Shown here piece by piece: positions 54,583 through 63,962 of a stretch of DNA of 64,000 bases. The first letter of the stretch is position 1. Each line of letters begins with the position of its first letter. The DNA comes from Planctomycetaceae bacterium (GTDB taxonomy: Bacteria > Planctomycetota > Phycisphaerae > Sedimentisphaerales > UBA12454): NCBI GenBank assembly GCA_021371795.1, contig JAJFVK010000006.1, positions 23,452 through 87,451 on the forward strand. Reading direction: 5' to 3'. The notes beneath the pieces were generated by a model. It had not been told where the DNA came from and did no database searches. It saw nothing but the letters and a program-made list of their open reading frames with translations. The position numbers and the translations under genes were made by a program.

Positions 54583-56514
54583 TTATGGCGCAATTCCCTG
54601 ATAACTATTCCCGCCGCTGAAAGTCCATGTTTTGTTTCCGCCGGCACTTCCGCCGCCGTTTTCAAATGTCGAATCAAGGTCAACGTGTATTGGGGACGAG
54701 CCTGAAAGCGACTTGCATTTTATTCTGCCGAAAAAATCGCCCCATCCCCAAAAACTTACCGGGCCATTAGGATTGTCTATCATGGCGCTGATGTCTCCGC
54801 TGCCCCATGTGCTGAAAGATTTATTGCTGCCGAGCATATAAATTCGCATATTTGACGGCAGATATTCGTTATATGCGTTTAGGCTGCCGCCTATGCTGCA
54901 GCTTCCTTTTACATATAAATTCAGACTTGAGCCTGAAGCTATTCTGATGCTTCTGCCGCTTCCGACATTTAAATCGCCATCGAGAAGCAGAGTTACATCT
55001 CCATTTATTGTGATGTATGAACTCCAAATCGATATACTGTTGTAATGATGATTGCTGCTGATGATTCGCTCTCCGCCTGTCCAGTCGTTAGTCGGGAAAT
55101 CTCCTTCTGACGCGCTGTCGAAAGGCGAACCTGTCGGCGCAGTCGGATTTGGAAAATCAATCGGCGTGTCGAGCGTGCCTCTTATGCCGGTGATTGTCGA
55201 ACCCCAGGTTGAAAACCCAATGGACGTATTGCCGCCGGGCCCGATGTAGGCGTCGCCGTATATTTTGCCATGGCTGTATAATGTGATTATGTTGTAGCCG
55301 ATTGCGTTGGCAGTAACAACGGCGTTTTGTGATACATTGCTATTGCTGTAGAAACCGCTGCTGGAATTATAGCTGTCGAAGATAGCATTTGAACCGCCAT
55401 AGCTCACATAATCTTTTACCGCAACTTTTGGTCTGGTGTCCGGCGTCTGTTGTTTGATTATGAGTTTTGGAGTATGCGCGTTTGTTCCGGTTGTGTTTTC
55501 TGTCGCGGCGAATTGCAGATTATTGTTTTTGTCGTTGACAAAGCCGAAACCATAGTTTAGATATTCGCCGTTTATCCAGCCCTTTACAATATCCGTTACG
55601 TCAATCTCGAGCGAAGTCGGAACGCCGTTGCCTGGATTCATGGTCAATGCGCTTGCTGAATCGCAGTTGATGCCGGGACGTATTCCGCCGCCGATGCTGT
55701 TCCAAGTTGATGTTTCAGACCAGTCAACATTCATTCGGTATATATTAATGTTATTACTGCCGTTGTGATTTACATACCACAGTTTCAATGTCGCTTCAGA
55801 AATTTCCGTGCCCAGTGGTATTTGCCAGTTTGCATCACCTACGATGTCCTTAAAGCACAGCAAAGCCTGATAGCTATTTTTGCTGATTTCCATAACAGCG
55901 TCGCAGCCGTAAGAGCCTGCGATGAAATCATAAGCAGTATTCTTGTTATTCTGATTTACCATAACATCTATAACTTCCTGACCTGATGCAGAAGGTTTGC
56001 CGGTTTGTACGTATATTTGCGTAACGATGTTTCTGGACGTGCCGGATGATTCGCTGTTTGTCAAATCAGTTTCGATTTTCACAAAACGTATGCTGTTGGC
56101 ATCGGTTACAGGTGTATCGAAGTCGTTCAGTGAATAGCACGATATTTTAAATTTTGTAACAGGGCCGGCAAGCAACTGCGGATTTGCCGTATCGCCGAAT
56201 GCTATATAGCCATTTGCAACAGAATATGTTTTTGAAACGCCGAGGTTGTCGGTGAATGTTATATATCCGCTGTCAACATTGTCTGAACTGACGGCAAGAA
56301 TTTGTTTTGCCGCAGCGAGATTTCTGTTGAGATGTTCTTCGAGTACAAGTGCGTTTTGAATCAGTTCAGATGATTTTTGTGTTGTCGCCCAACTGCTTCG
56401 TATCGCGCGTATCTGCGGAATCAGCGCAGCCATAATGATGAGCAGTAACACCATTGCCACCATCAGTTCGACGATTGTAAAACCTGCTATTAAATTGTTT
56501 TTGCGCATACGCAT
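54583..56514 (-). CDS. Giant prepilin-type protein (643 aa) with an extra beta-sandwich-type insert
   Basis: AGFTIVELMVAMVLLLIIMAAL prepilin motif. The internal segment EATLKLWYVNHNGSNNINIYRMNVDWSETSTWNS is reminiscent of DNRLRE-type domains (from memory). Confidence 0.7.
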   Translation of the reverse strand: MRMRKNNLIAGFTIVELMVAMVLLLIIMAALIPQIRAIRSSWATTQKSSELIQNALVLEEHLNRNLAAAKQILAVSSDNVDSGYITFTDNLGVSKTYSVANGYIAFGDTANPQLLAGPVTKFKISCYSLNDFDTPVTDANSIRFVKIETDLTNSESSGTSRNIVTQIYVQTGKPSASGQEVIDVMVNQNNKNTAYDFIAGSYGCDAVMEISKNSYQALLCFKDIVGDANWQIPLGTEISEATLKLWYVNHNGSNNINIYRMNVDWSETSTWNSIGGGIRPGINCDSASALTMNPGNGVPTSLEIDVTDIVKGWINGEYLNYGFGFVNDKNNNLQFAATENTTGTNAHTPKLIIKQQTPDTRPKVAVKDYVSYGGSNAIFDSYNSSSGFYSNSNVSQNAVVTANAIGYNIITLYSHGKIYGDAYIGPGGNTSIGFSTWGSTITGIRGTLDTPIDFPNPTAPTGSPFDSASEGDFPTNDWTGGERIISSNHHYNSISIWSSYITINGDVTLLLDGDLNVGSGRSIRIASGSSLNLYVKGSCSIGGSLNAYNEYLPSNMRIYMLGSNKSFSTWGSGDISAMIDNPNGPVSFWGWGDFFGRIKCKSLSGSSPIHVDLDSTFENGGGSAGGNKTWTFSGGNSYQGIAP

Positions 56515-56701
56515 AGTGCTTTCCGGTACTTCTGTGTAAATATCGGCTGAAAAAAGCTGTGTGCTAACTTCAAAACCGCAAATGACGAAATTAAGCAGGC
56601 AACGCAGAAAAGGGCGTTACGCTGTGCGTACTTGCGGTTTTATAGGACATTGAGCGTTTTGCTCTGTTTATTTTAAAATGAGTTAATGTAAGTCCTATAA
56701 A

Positions 56702-57094
56702 TTATCGGCGTGCTAATTGAGTTTGAAGAGAAACTTCAACTTCATCGCTGCCGAGTGTGCCGTTATGATTTCTATCCATACCGACCGAAACGGTGATTGC
56801 TTTCAAGTTGGTGTTTACGGATGAGGAAGCAATATTGCACAGGTATAAGTTATCAAGCGATAAATTATTTTGTGAGAAATTGTCATCGAAATTATAAATT
56901 GATTTTGCCTGAATCTGATTTATTTGCGATTTTGCCAGGTTCAGGCTTTTTGTTCTTCTTTCGACGATTATATTGTTCATATTGACTTGCGTAAGTGCTT
57001 TTAGGATTGGAACCATCGCAAATATCAGCAGGGCGGAGGCAACCAATACTTCCACCAGAGTAAACCCCGTTTTATTTTTCACTGCTATTCGCAT
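56702..57094 (-). CDS. Prepilin-type minor (pseudo)pilin
   Basis: TGFTLVEVLVASALLIFAMVPIL. Confidence 0.75.
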   Translation of the reverse strand: MRIAVKNKTGFTLVEVLVASALLIFAMVPILKALTQVNMNNIIVERRTKSLNLAKSQINQIQAKSIYNFDDNFSQNNLSLDNLYLCNIASSSVNTNLKAITVSVGMDRNHNGTLGSDEVEVSLQTQLARR

Positions 57095-57534
57095 TTTACC
57101 ATTCCCGTAGTACTGACGACTGATATTACTAAAGTTTTTCCGCCTGCGCTGACAGTGAGATTTCCGCCTGTGTCTGTTCTGCTGCCAAGCGGGCCAAACC
57201 AGAAACTGGTTGTTCCGCTGTATGTAATACCGTTAGTAAGTTTTTCTGTTTTGACTACTTGTGAGGTTTGCAGGTTGGTTATTTGAAAACCGGTATAGGT
57301 GCCGGAACCGGTAAAAGTTAAGCTGAATCCCTGTCGGTTTTGAGCGGCGTTGCTGATTGCCATCGTTCTGCATAAACGAACTGCCGCGGCGATTTGATTT
57401 GCTGTGGTTTGTGCTTTGCCTTTAAAGACCGTTGCCATTCCCATTCTCGGAACGGCGACAAATGTCAACACGCTTATTATCAATACGACAATAAGCATTT
57501 CAACGAGCGTAACGGCTTTGACAGTTTTTTTCAT
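57085..57534 (-). CDS. Prepilin-type minor (pseudo)pilin (GspH/FimT-like)
   Basis: KAVTLVEMLIVVLIISVLTFVAVP. Confidence 0.7.
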   Translation of the reverse strand: MKKTVKAVTLVEMLIVVLIISVLTFVAVPRMGMATVFKGKAQTTANQIAAAVRLCRTMAISNAAQNRQGFSLTFTGSGTYTGFQITNLQTSQVVKTEKLTNGITYSGTTSFWFGPLGSRTDTGGNLTVSAGGKTLVISVVSTTGMVKCE

Positions 57535-57607
57535 TTGTTCGCACCAAAAACAAAGGGATGACTTTCGGCCATCCCTTTATCTTACCCTCTACGGAATCCG
57601 TTATTTT

Positions 57608-57922
57608 TTATTGTTTGTGGTCGCACACTACTCTGTTATTAGTCGGCATAGTGTATTTTCCGCCTAATGGACAGATTGGTGCGCCATCCGGGAAGTAGCT
57701 GGTGTTGCCAGTTACTGTTGCCATAGTGGCCGGATAGACACCATTGTGGTCTGCTGCGTACAGTTCAATTTGAGAATTCATCAAGTCAATATTTGTTGCA
57801 CAGGCATTGGCTTTCGCGTTGCCGGCACTGACCGTAATTCTCGGAATCGCTATGGCAGCAAGTGCTCCTAAAATCAGAACCACTATGAGCAATTCAATCA
57901 ATGTAAAACCTTTACGTTTCAT
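57608..57922 (-). CDS. Major (pseudo)pilin, prepilin-type N-terminal cleavage/methylation
   Basis: MKRKGFTLIELLIVVLILGALAAIAIP. 104 aa. It is the first pilin gene after pilC. Confidence 0.85.
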   Translation of the reverse strand: MKRKGFTLIELLIVVLILGALAAIAIPRITVSAGNAKANACATNIDLMNSQIELYAADHNGVYPATMATVTGNTSYFPDGAPICPLGGKYTMPTNNRVVCDHKQ

Positions 57923-58021
57923 CTTATTTCCTTTCGAAAAGCAATAAATAAATTAATACTCTTATATAGTTTCTCGTCTTTTAAAACCTGCGACTTATGT
58001 AAAATCTGCAAAACTTTAAAC

Positions 58022-59221
58022 TTATTTTAAATGCGACATATAATCGAACATCGGCAGATAAACAGCCATCAGTATAAGTCCGATAACCGAACCCATAATA
58101 ACCGTCATTGCGGGTTCAAGTTTTACAAGCAGCGAATTAATCATTCTGTCTATATCTTTTTCGAGGAAATTGACGCCTTTGTCGAGCATTTGCGTCAATT
58201 GGCCGGATTGTTCACCTACGCCGGCAAGCTGTATAATTATCGGTGGGAAAATATTGTGTTCCTGCATCGCATCGGCCAGACCGTGGCCTGCCTGAACGGA
58301 TTTTTGCAGAGCCTGACTTATACATGTCATTTTTTCATTATTTGCCACGAAGCCCGAAATTTGTAGTGCCCTGATTATCGGTACGCCGGTGTTTATCAAC
58401 ATCGTAAAGCTTCGAATAAAATTCGCTGTTGCCACCATTTTGTTTAAGCTTCCGAACACAGGCATCGCGAATTTAAAATAATCCAATTTTATTTTTAGAT
58501 ATTTATTTTTTCTGTAATGCTGGAACCCGTACATCGCAAGGCATATTAATATTATAGAGTGCAGCCAGTAATGCCGGACAATTATGCTAAGCACAAGAAG
58601 CGTTTGAGTCGGGCCCGGCAGTGCAACACCGAGCTGGCTGTATATTTTTGAAAAGACCGGCACAACAAATATCACAAGGGCCGCAATGATGGCGACGCAC
58701 ATAACTCCGACGATAAGCGGATATGTAAAAGCGCTCTTGAGGCGGTTGCGCAGGTCGTCCTGCTTTTCGAGATATTTGGCGCTGATTTCAAGGCTTTCCG
58801 GAAGTTTACCGCTCGATTCGCCGGCTTCGACCATTCCAAGAAAGAAATCAGAGAATATATTACGATACTTACCGAAAGAATCGGCAAGCGACGACCCCAT
58901 TGTAATGCTTTTTTTCACATCAGCGATTACATATTGCAGCGAACGATTGTCCGTTTGCTTTTCCAGCGTTTCAAGACTCTGGACGATTGAAAGGCCTGCA
59001 CCGCACATACCTGCTAATTTAAAAGTGAATGATATAATTTCCGGACGCCTGATAGACAGACGTTTTGGATTGAATTTACTGCTTCTTTTGACTTTCAGCA
59101 GGTTGTAACCAATCTTTGCGAATTCGCTGCGCAGGGCGCCTATGCCGTTGATGTCTTCATAAATGCCTTTGAAGATTCTGCCTGCTTCGTCTCGTGCGGT
59201 GTATTCGTAAGTTGCCATCAA
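58022..59221 (-). CDS. pilC: Type II secretion system F-family platform protein (PilC/GspF)
   Basis: Duplicated T2SSF organisation with three TM helices. YPLIVGVMCVAIIAALVIFVVP and VIGLILMAVYLPMF. Confidence 0.9.
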   Translation of the reverse strand: MMATYEYTARDEAGRIFKGIYEDINGIGALRSEFAKIGYNLLKVKRSSKFNPKRLSIRRPEIISFTFKLAGMCGAGLSIVQSLETLEKQTDNRSLQYVIADVKKSITMGSSLADSFGKYRNIFSDFFLGMVEAGESSGKLPESLEISAKYLEKQDDLRNRLKSAFTYPLIVGVMCVAIIAALVIFVVPVFSKIYSQLGVALPGPTQTLLVLSIIVRHYWLHSIILICLAMYGFQHYRKNKYLKIKLDYFKFAMPVFGSLNKMVATANFIRSFTMLINTGVPIIRALQISGFVANNEKMTCISQALQKSVQAGHGLADAMQEHNIFPPIIIQLAGVGEQSGQLTQMLDKGVNFLEKDIDRMINSLLVKLEPAMTVIMGSVIGLILMAVYLPMFDYMSHLK

Positions 59222-60921
59222 TCCTCCTGCATATCAACGACACGATATAACTCGTCTATCGTGGTCAGGCCTGATAGAACCTGATTCAGTCCGCTCATTC
59301 TTAATGTTTTCATACCTTCTTTTATCGCCTGATTTTTTATCGCGGTGTCATTTCCGCCGTCGATTATCATATTGCGAATTGCAGGCGATACCGGCAGAAT
59401 TTCATATATTCCCTTCCTGCCGACATAACCGCTCTTGCCGCAGTTGTCGCAGCCGGTGCTTCTGTGAAGAAGTATATCGTCGGGCTGTTCGGCGAATAAT
59501 TTATTTTTAATATCCGAATCCGGAGCATAAGATTCCCTGCACGCCGAACACGAAGTTCTGTAAAGCCTTTGCGCGATGCTGCCGAGCAGGGCGGATGCAA
59601 GCATAAATGGTTTAATGCCGAGGTTTATAAGTCTTGATATTGCGCCTGCCGCGTCGTTTGTATGCAGAGTTGACAGAACAAGATGGCCTGTCATTGCGGC
59701 GCTGACGGCGATTTCCGCGGTTTCATAATCTCTGATTTCGCCGATTAAAATTACGTCCGGGTCTTGTCTTAAAATGCTTCGCAGTGCTGTTGCGAATGTC
59801 AAGCCGGCTCGCGGATTGGTCTGTACCTGCGTAATGCCGTCAAGTCTGTATTCGACAGGGTCTTCAACGGTTACGATATTGTTCTTTCCGGTATTCAGGA
59901 GTTGTAACAAAGAGTACAGCGTCGTTGTTTTTCCGCTTCCTGTGGGGCCTGTCAGAAGAATCATTCCATAAGGATTTGCGACAAGACTCCTGATTCGCTG
60001 ATTGTCTAACGGGTCAGGCGCAATGTTGTCGAGATTCCATTGACGGTTGCTCTTGTTGAGGATTCTTATTACGATTTTTTCGCCTATGACCGACGGCAGC
60101 GAAGATACTCTTAAGTCGAAGTCTTTATTCTGATGCGATGTTTTTATGTGGCCGTCCTGCGGAACGCGTTTTTCAGCGATGTCCATTTTTGCCAGGATTT
60201 TTATGTGGCTTGCGATTTCGCCCTGCGCGGATGATGGAATATCAAGTTCCTTGCGCAGGATGCCGTCGATTCTGTAACGGACTATCGTATCTTTTTCCTG
60301 CGGCTCAATGTGAATGTCGCTTGCGCGGGCATCGATTGCGCCGGTGATAATTGAAGCGACGAGACCGCTGACAGGGTCGCTGCTTTCCTGCAAGTTATCC
60401 AATGCGGTAACTGTACGATGATTAACAGGTTCGCCGGTATTCTTCAGACGCATCGAGGCGATTGTCTGTTTCGTTACGTTTTGAACGTTGAAATGATAAC
60501 GCAGAGCTGCTTTTATTGCATTTGGTGCGGCGACCATCGGAATCACTTTGCAGCCTGTTCGCATTTCTATCTGGTCGCGAATGGCAAGGTTCATCGGCGA
60601 ACTCATCGCAACGTAAAGTTTGTCGCCATCCAGACGCACTCCGACAAGACTGTGTTCGCTGGATAATTCATACGGAATCATGTGCGCAGTAATCGAATCA
60701 ACCATATCCGGTGAAAGATTCACGTATTCAAGATGCTGGCATTGTGCGACGAGTTTGCTGATTTGTTCATCTGTCGCAAGATTGTTTTCTTTAAGATATG
60801 TGAGCAGATTTTTTCCGCTCTGTTCGCACTGCCTTGTCATTTCGTCGAGTTTTTTTTCGTCGGCAATGCCGAGGCGGATAATTTCATCCAATAACTGACT
60901 GTCAGTTTGTAGTTCTTGCAT
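59218..60921 (-). CDS. pilB: Type IV pilus / type II secretion ATPase (PilB/GspE family)
   Basis: N-terminal MshEN/T2SSE_N-like helices. Walker A LLTGPTGSGKTTT. Asp box, Walker B ILIGEIRD, His box, and the tetracysteine CSACRE...CDNC. The ATG at 60921 (MQELQTD) is preferred; the ORF-track extension to 61443 runs antisense through the REC gene. Confidence 0.92.
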   Translation of the reverse strand: MQELQTDSQLLDEIIRLGIADEKKLDEMTRQCEQSGKNLLTYLKENNLATDEQISKLVAQCQHLEYVNLSPDMVDSITAHMIPYELSSEHSLVGVRLDGDKLYVAMSSPMNLAIRDQIEMRTGCKVIPMVAAPNAIKAALRYHFNVQNVTKQTIASMRLKNTGEPVNHRTVTALDNLQESSDPVSGLVASIITGAIDARASDIHIEPQEKDTIVRYRIDGILRKELDIPSSAQGEIASHIKILAKMDIAEKRVPQDGHIKTSHQNKDFDLRVSSLPSVIGEKIVIRILNKSNRQWNLDNIAPDPLDNQRIRSLVANPYGMILLTGPTGSGKTTTLYSLLQLLNTGKNNIVTVEDPVEYRLDGITQVQTNPRAGLTFATALRSILRQDPDVILIGEIRDYETAEIAVSAAMTGHLVLSTLHTNDAAGAISRLINLGIKPFMLASALLGSIAQRLYRTSCSACRESYAPDSDIKNKLFAEQPDDILLHRSTGCDNCGKSGYVGRKGIYEILPVSPAIRNMIIDGGNDTAIKNQAIKEGMKTLRMSGLNQVLSGLTTIDELYRVVDMQED

Positions 60922-61147
60922 ATTTTTTATCCGGATTAATATACTTTGACCGCATGTAAAATCGTCCATAACAGAGCAGGGCTTAACATACATTACAAGT
61001 ATTACAAGATTCAACGTCCGATAATTTTGTGATAAATAATTAATGTGGAGCACAGAAGCAGAAAAAAACTGTTTTTGCGAAAAATGATTAAAATGACTAT
61101 CAAAACAGTCGAAATAGACCCCAGAGATTTTAATATAAAGGAATATT

Positions 61148-61543
61148 ATGCTGGGCTTATTTAAATCAAAAAAGAAAACCGCAACGATATTGGTTGTCGA
61201 TGACGAACCGGACATTGTCAGCACAATTAAAGCTCGACTTGAATGGAACAAGTATAAGGTTGTAACCGCTTCTAATGGCAGCCTAGCGCTTGAAATGCTT
61301 GAGAAGATGACGCCGGATTTGATTCTGCTCGACGGCAATATGCCTGTAATGTCGGGCTTTAAAATGCTCGAGATGATGCGGCAGGACAACCGGTTCAAAG
61401 ATGTTCCTGTAATTATGCTGACAGCAGCGTGCGAGTCGCACAATATCGCGATAGCTGGTTCGTTGGGCGTTACCGAATATGTTACAAAACCTTTTGAATA
61501 TCCGCAGTTACTCGAAAAAATTACACAGACGCTCGAAAAATAA
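61148..61543 (+). CDS. Single-domain (CheY-like) response regulator
   Basis: ILVVDDEPDI...DLILLDGNMPVMSG...VIMLTA...YVTKPF. Confidence 0.9.
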   Translation: MLGLFKSKKKTATILVVDDEPDIVSTIKARLEWNKYKVVTASNGSLALEMLEKMTPDLILLDGNMPVMSGFKMLEMMRQDNRFKDVPVIMLTAACESHNIAIAGSLGVTEYVTKPFEYPQLLEKITQTLEK

Positions 61544-61567
61544 CATTCTTTCTGAACTGGTATTCAA

Positions 61568-62788
61568 TTGACAGACGTAATATCCAATGAGAAGCTGAAT
61601 TTTATAATCAAACTCAAGAGCAAAAGCCTTGAAGTGATTTTTGACGCTGTGCCTGTGGGGCTGCTTCTGGTCGATGATAACCTTAATGTTGACAGAGTCA
61701 ACGAGGCGATTCGCCGGAGGATAGGCAAAAGTTATAAGGAAATTATCAACAACTCTATTTGCGATGTTCTCAACTGCAAAATCGCCGCCGACAATGAAAA
61801 ATGCCACGATGAATCTCACTGCGGGCAATGCCTTTTAAAAACGAATATAAATAATGTTTTTAAAACATCTAAGTCTGTCGAAGAGCTTGAAGTCGAAAGC
61901 AAGACCCTGTTTTCCGACAAAGATGAAAAATTCTGGTTTTCCCTGACTATAAAACCTGTAATCGTTGATGAAAGAAAACATGTTGTAGTATGTATTAACG
62001 ATATTACCGCCAGGAAAATCGCAGAGGAAAAAGCTGTCGAGTCGATGAAACTCAAGCAGCAATTCATTTCAACCGTTTCTCACGAATTGCGAACGCCTCT
62101 GACAGCCATCCGCGAAGGCCTAAATGTCGTGCTCGAAGGCGTGGCAGGCAAATTAAAAAGTAAACAAAGAGAATTTCTTGAACTTTCAAAACGAAACGTT
62201 GACCGGTTGAGCGCTCTTATTAACGATGTGCTGGATTTTCAGAAACTCGAATCAGGCAGAATGAGTTTTGATTTCGCCCGGGCTGATATGGCCGAGACTA
62301 TAAAAGAAGCTGCCGACACGATGCAACTGATGGCTAAAAATTTCAAAGTTGAACTGTCTGTTGAAATCGAGCCGCAGGTGGGTACGGCTGTTTTCGACCG
62401 CAATAAGATGATACAGGTATTTACGAATCTTTTGAGCAATTCGATAAAATTCACGCCCGCAGGCGGTAAAGTATCTATTGTCACAAAATTGTTTAATGAT
62501 ACTGTTGCGATAACCGTTTCAGATAACGGTATGGGTATTCCAAAAGAAGATTTGCCGAAAGTTTTTGAAAGATTTTACCGTGTGCAGCGTCCGGGGAAAG
62601 AAATTGCCGGCACAGGTCTTGGTTTGCCGATTGTTGCGCAGATTGTCGAACGGCACAACGGCACGATTTCAGTCGAAAGCGAATTAAACAAAGGAACGTC
62701 TTTTACCGTAAGTCTGCCTTTAAAAGGCCCGCAGGTTGAGCTGGATGAAGGCAAAGACGAACTGCTCGAAAACACCATTACACACTAA
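61568..62788 (+). CDS. PAS-domain sensor histidine kinase (HisKA/HATPase_c)
   Basis: H-box FISTVSHELRTPLTAI. N-box LLSNSIKFTP. G1 DNGMGI. G2 GTGLGLPIV. Cys-rich PAS region (CDVLNC...CHDESHCGQC). TTG start. Confidence 0.88.
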   Translation: MTDVISNEKLNFIIKLKSKSLEVIFDAVPVGLLLVDDNLNVDRVNEAIRRRIGKSYKEIINNSICDVLNCKIAADNEKCHDESHCGQCLLKTNINNVFKTSKSVEELEVESKTLFSDKDEKFWFSLTIKPVIVDERKHVVVCINDITARKIAEEKAVESMKLKQQFISTVSHELRTPLTAIREGLNVVLEGVAGKLKSKQREFLELSKRNVDRLSALINDVLDFQKLESGRMSFDFARADMAETIKEAADTMQLMAKNFKVELSVEIEPQVGTAVFDRNKMIQVFTNLLSNSIKFTPAGGKVSIVTKLFNDTVAITVSDNGMGIPKEDLPKVFERFYRVQRPGKEIAGTGLGLPIVAQIVERHNGTISVESELNKGTSFTVSLPLKGPQVELDEGKDELLENTITH

Positions 62789-62822
62789 TCAATTACACAC
62801 TAATCACACCTCTTTTATTATT

Positions 62823-63602
62823 AATTAGGGACAGCCACCTATTTTTCTATTTTTATTGACAAATACAAAGTGAATGTTATTTTTATGTTATGCCGAGAAT
62901 AGCAAGAATAGTATTAGAAGGATTGCCATATCATATTACCCAGCGAGGTAATAACAAGCAGGATGTATTTTTCGTTGATGACGACAGGAAAGTATATCTT
63001 GAAATTTTGAAACGGCAGGCGGAGAAATACAGTCTGACGATAATGGGTTATTGCCTGATGACGAATCATATTCACCTGATAGCGATACCTCAAAAGGCCG
63101 AGTCTCTTGCCATGGCGGTAGGCCGAACGCATTTCATTTACACGCAATACATCAATCGTTTTCACAAACGCAGCGGCCATCTCTGGCAGGGCAGATTTTA
63201 TTCGTGCGGCCTTGACGAGCATCATTTCTTTTCAGCGATGCGGTATATAGAGCATAATCCATTGCGTGCCGGCATAAGCCGTAAGCCGTGGAATTATGAA
63301 TGGTCGAGTGCGGCCGCGCATATTGATGCGGATAGCAAATCGGAGTTGCTTGATTTGCGCAGGTGGTATGATATGATGAAAGCTGACCAGTGGAAACACT
63401 TATTGATGCAGAAAATTCCTGACAAGGAAATGAAAGCAATTCGCAGCGGTATATTGCGAGGTCGTCCATTAGGCAGCGATAGTTTTATAAGTAAACTTGA
63501 AAAGTTAGCAGGCCGCAGATTAAGGCCGTTGCCAGTCGGCAGGCCAAAGAAAGAAATTAGCGAAAAGCGAAAGAAAGGTAAAATAGGTGGCTGTCCCTAA
63601 TT
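62823..63602 (+). mobile_element. RAYT / IS200-like unit: Y1 transposase gene bracketed by perfect 23-bp inverted repeats
   Basis: Left AATTAGGGACAGCCACCTATTTT (62823-45) is the exact reverse complement of right AAAATAGGTGGCTGTCCCTAATT (63580-602). Confidence 0.75.
62890..63600 (+). CDS. REP-associated tyrosine transposase (IS200/IS605 Y1 family, RAYT-like)
   Basis: MPRIARIVLEGLPYHITQRGNNKQDVFF...GYCLMTNHIHLIAIP (HUH motif)...YIEHNPLRAG. Confidence 0.85.
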   Translation: MPRIARIVLEGLPYHITQRGNNKQDVFFVDDDRKVYLEILKRQAEKYSLTIMGYCLMTNHIHLIAIPQKAESLAMAVGRTHFIYTQYINRFHKRSGHLWQGRFYSCGLDEHHFFSAMRYIEHNPLRAGISRKPWNYEWSSAAAHIDADSKSELLDLRRWYDMMKADQWKHLLMQKIPDKEMKAIRSGILRGRPLGSDSFISKLEKLAGRRLRPLPVGRPKKEISEKRKKGKIGGCP

Positions 63603-63700
63603 TGTCCGTCCCTAATTTGTCCTAATTTGTCCCTAATTCCTAATTTGTCCCTAATTAATTCTAATTAATTAATTAATTAATTCCTAATTAATTCCCTTGA
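63590..63700. repeat. Degenerate tandem repeats (GTCCCTAATTT units decaying into a TAAT microsatellite)
   Basis: ctgtccctaatttgtccgtccctaatttgtcctaatttgtccctaattcctaatttgtccctaattaattctaattaattaattaattaattcctaattaatt. Confidence 0.85.
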
Positions 63701-63800
63701 ATTGATTTTGTGTTTTCATAAAGAAGTATTATGCAAAAATTTAAAAAGTCGGCAATAATTATTTGATGATTATGCCGAATCTTTTTATTGATATGCTGCT

Positions 63801-63962
63801 ATGTGGGTTTTCCGACACGCTCCTAGTAAAACAACTCTAACGGGTAATGCGGCAGATACCAGAACTGGCGTAGCAATGCCACTCGGTTGTGGTGCCGTTT
63901 CATATGAATACAATATCGGCAAGTATGAACAGGGAATATTTAATTACACAGAACCCCGATAG
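63801..63962 (+). pseudogene. Possible N-terminal remnant of a SUMF1/FGE-family protein
   Basis: My translation TLTGNAADTRTGVAMPLGCGAVSYEYNIGKYEQGIFNYTEPR-stop resembles the GNAGNAAD...GYGAVSYxYxIGKYEVT segment of PVC-type FGE-domain proteins (memory only). It terminates right after the KYE motif. Confidence 0.25.

Noticed and set aside
60922-61443. N-terminal 174-aa extension of the PilB ORF (741 aa in the track)
   Set aside because: The extension is low-complexity, has no T2SSE features, and lies antisense to a well-formed CheY-like gene (61148-61543). The PilB-like sequence begins at MQELQTD (ATG at 60921).
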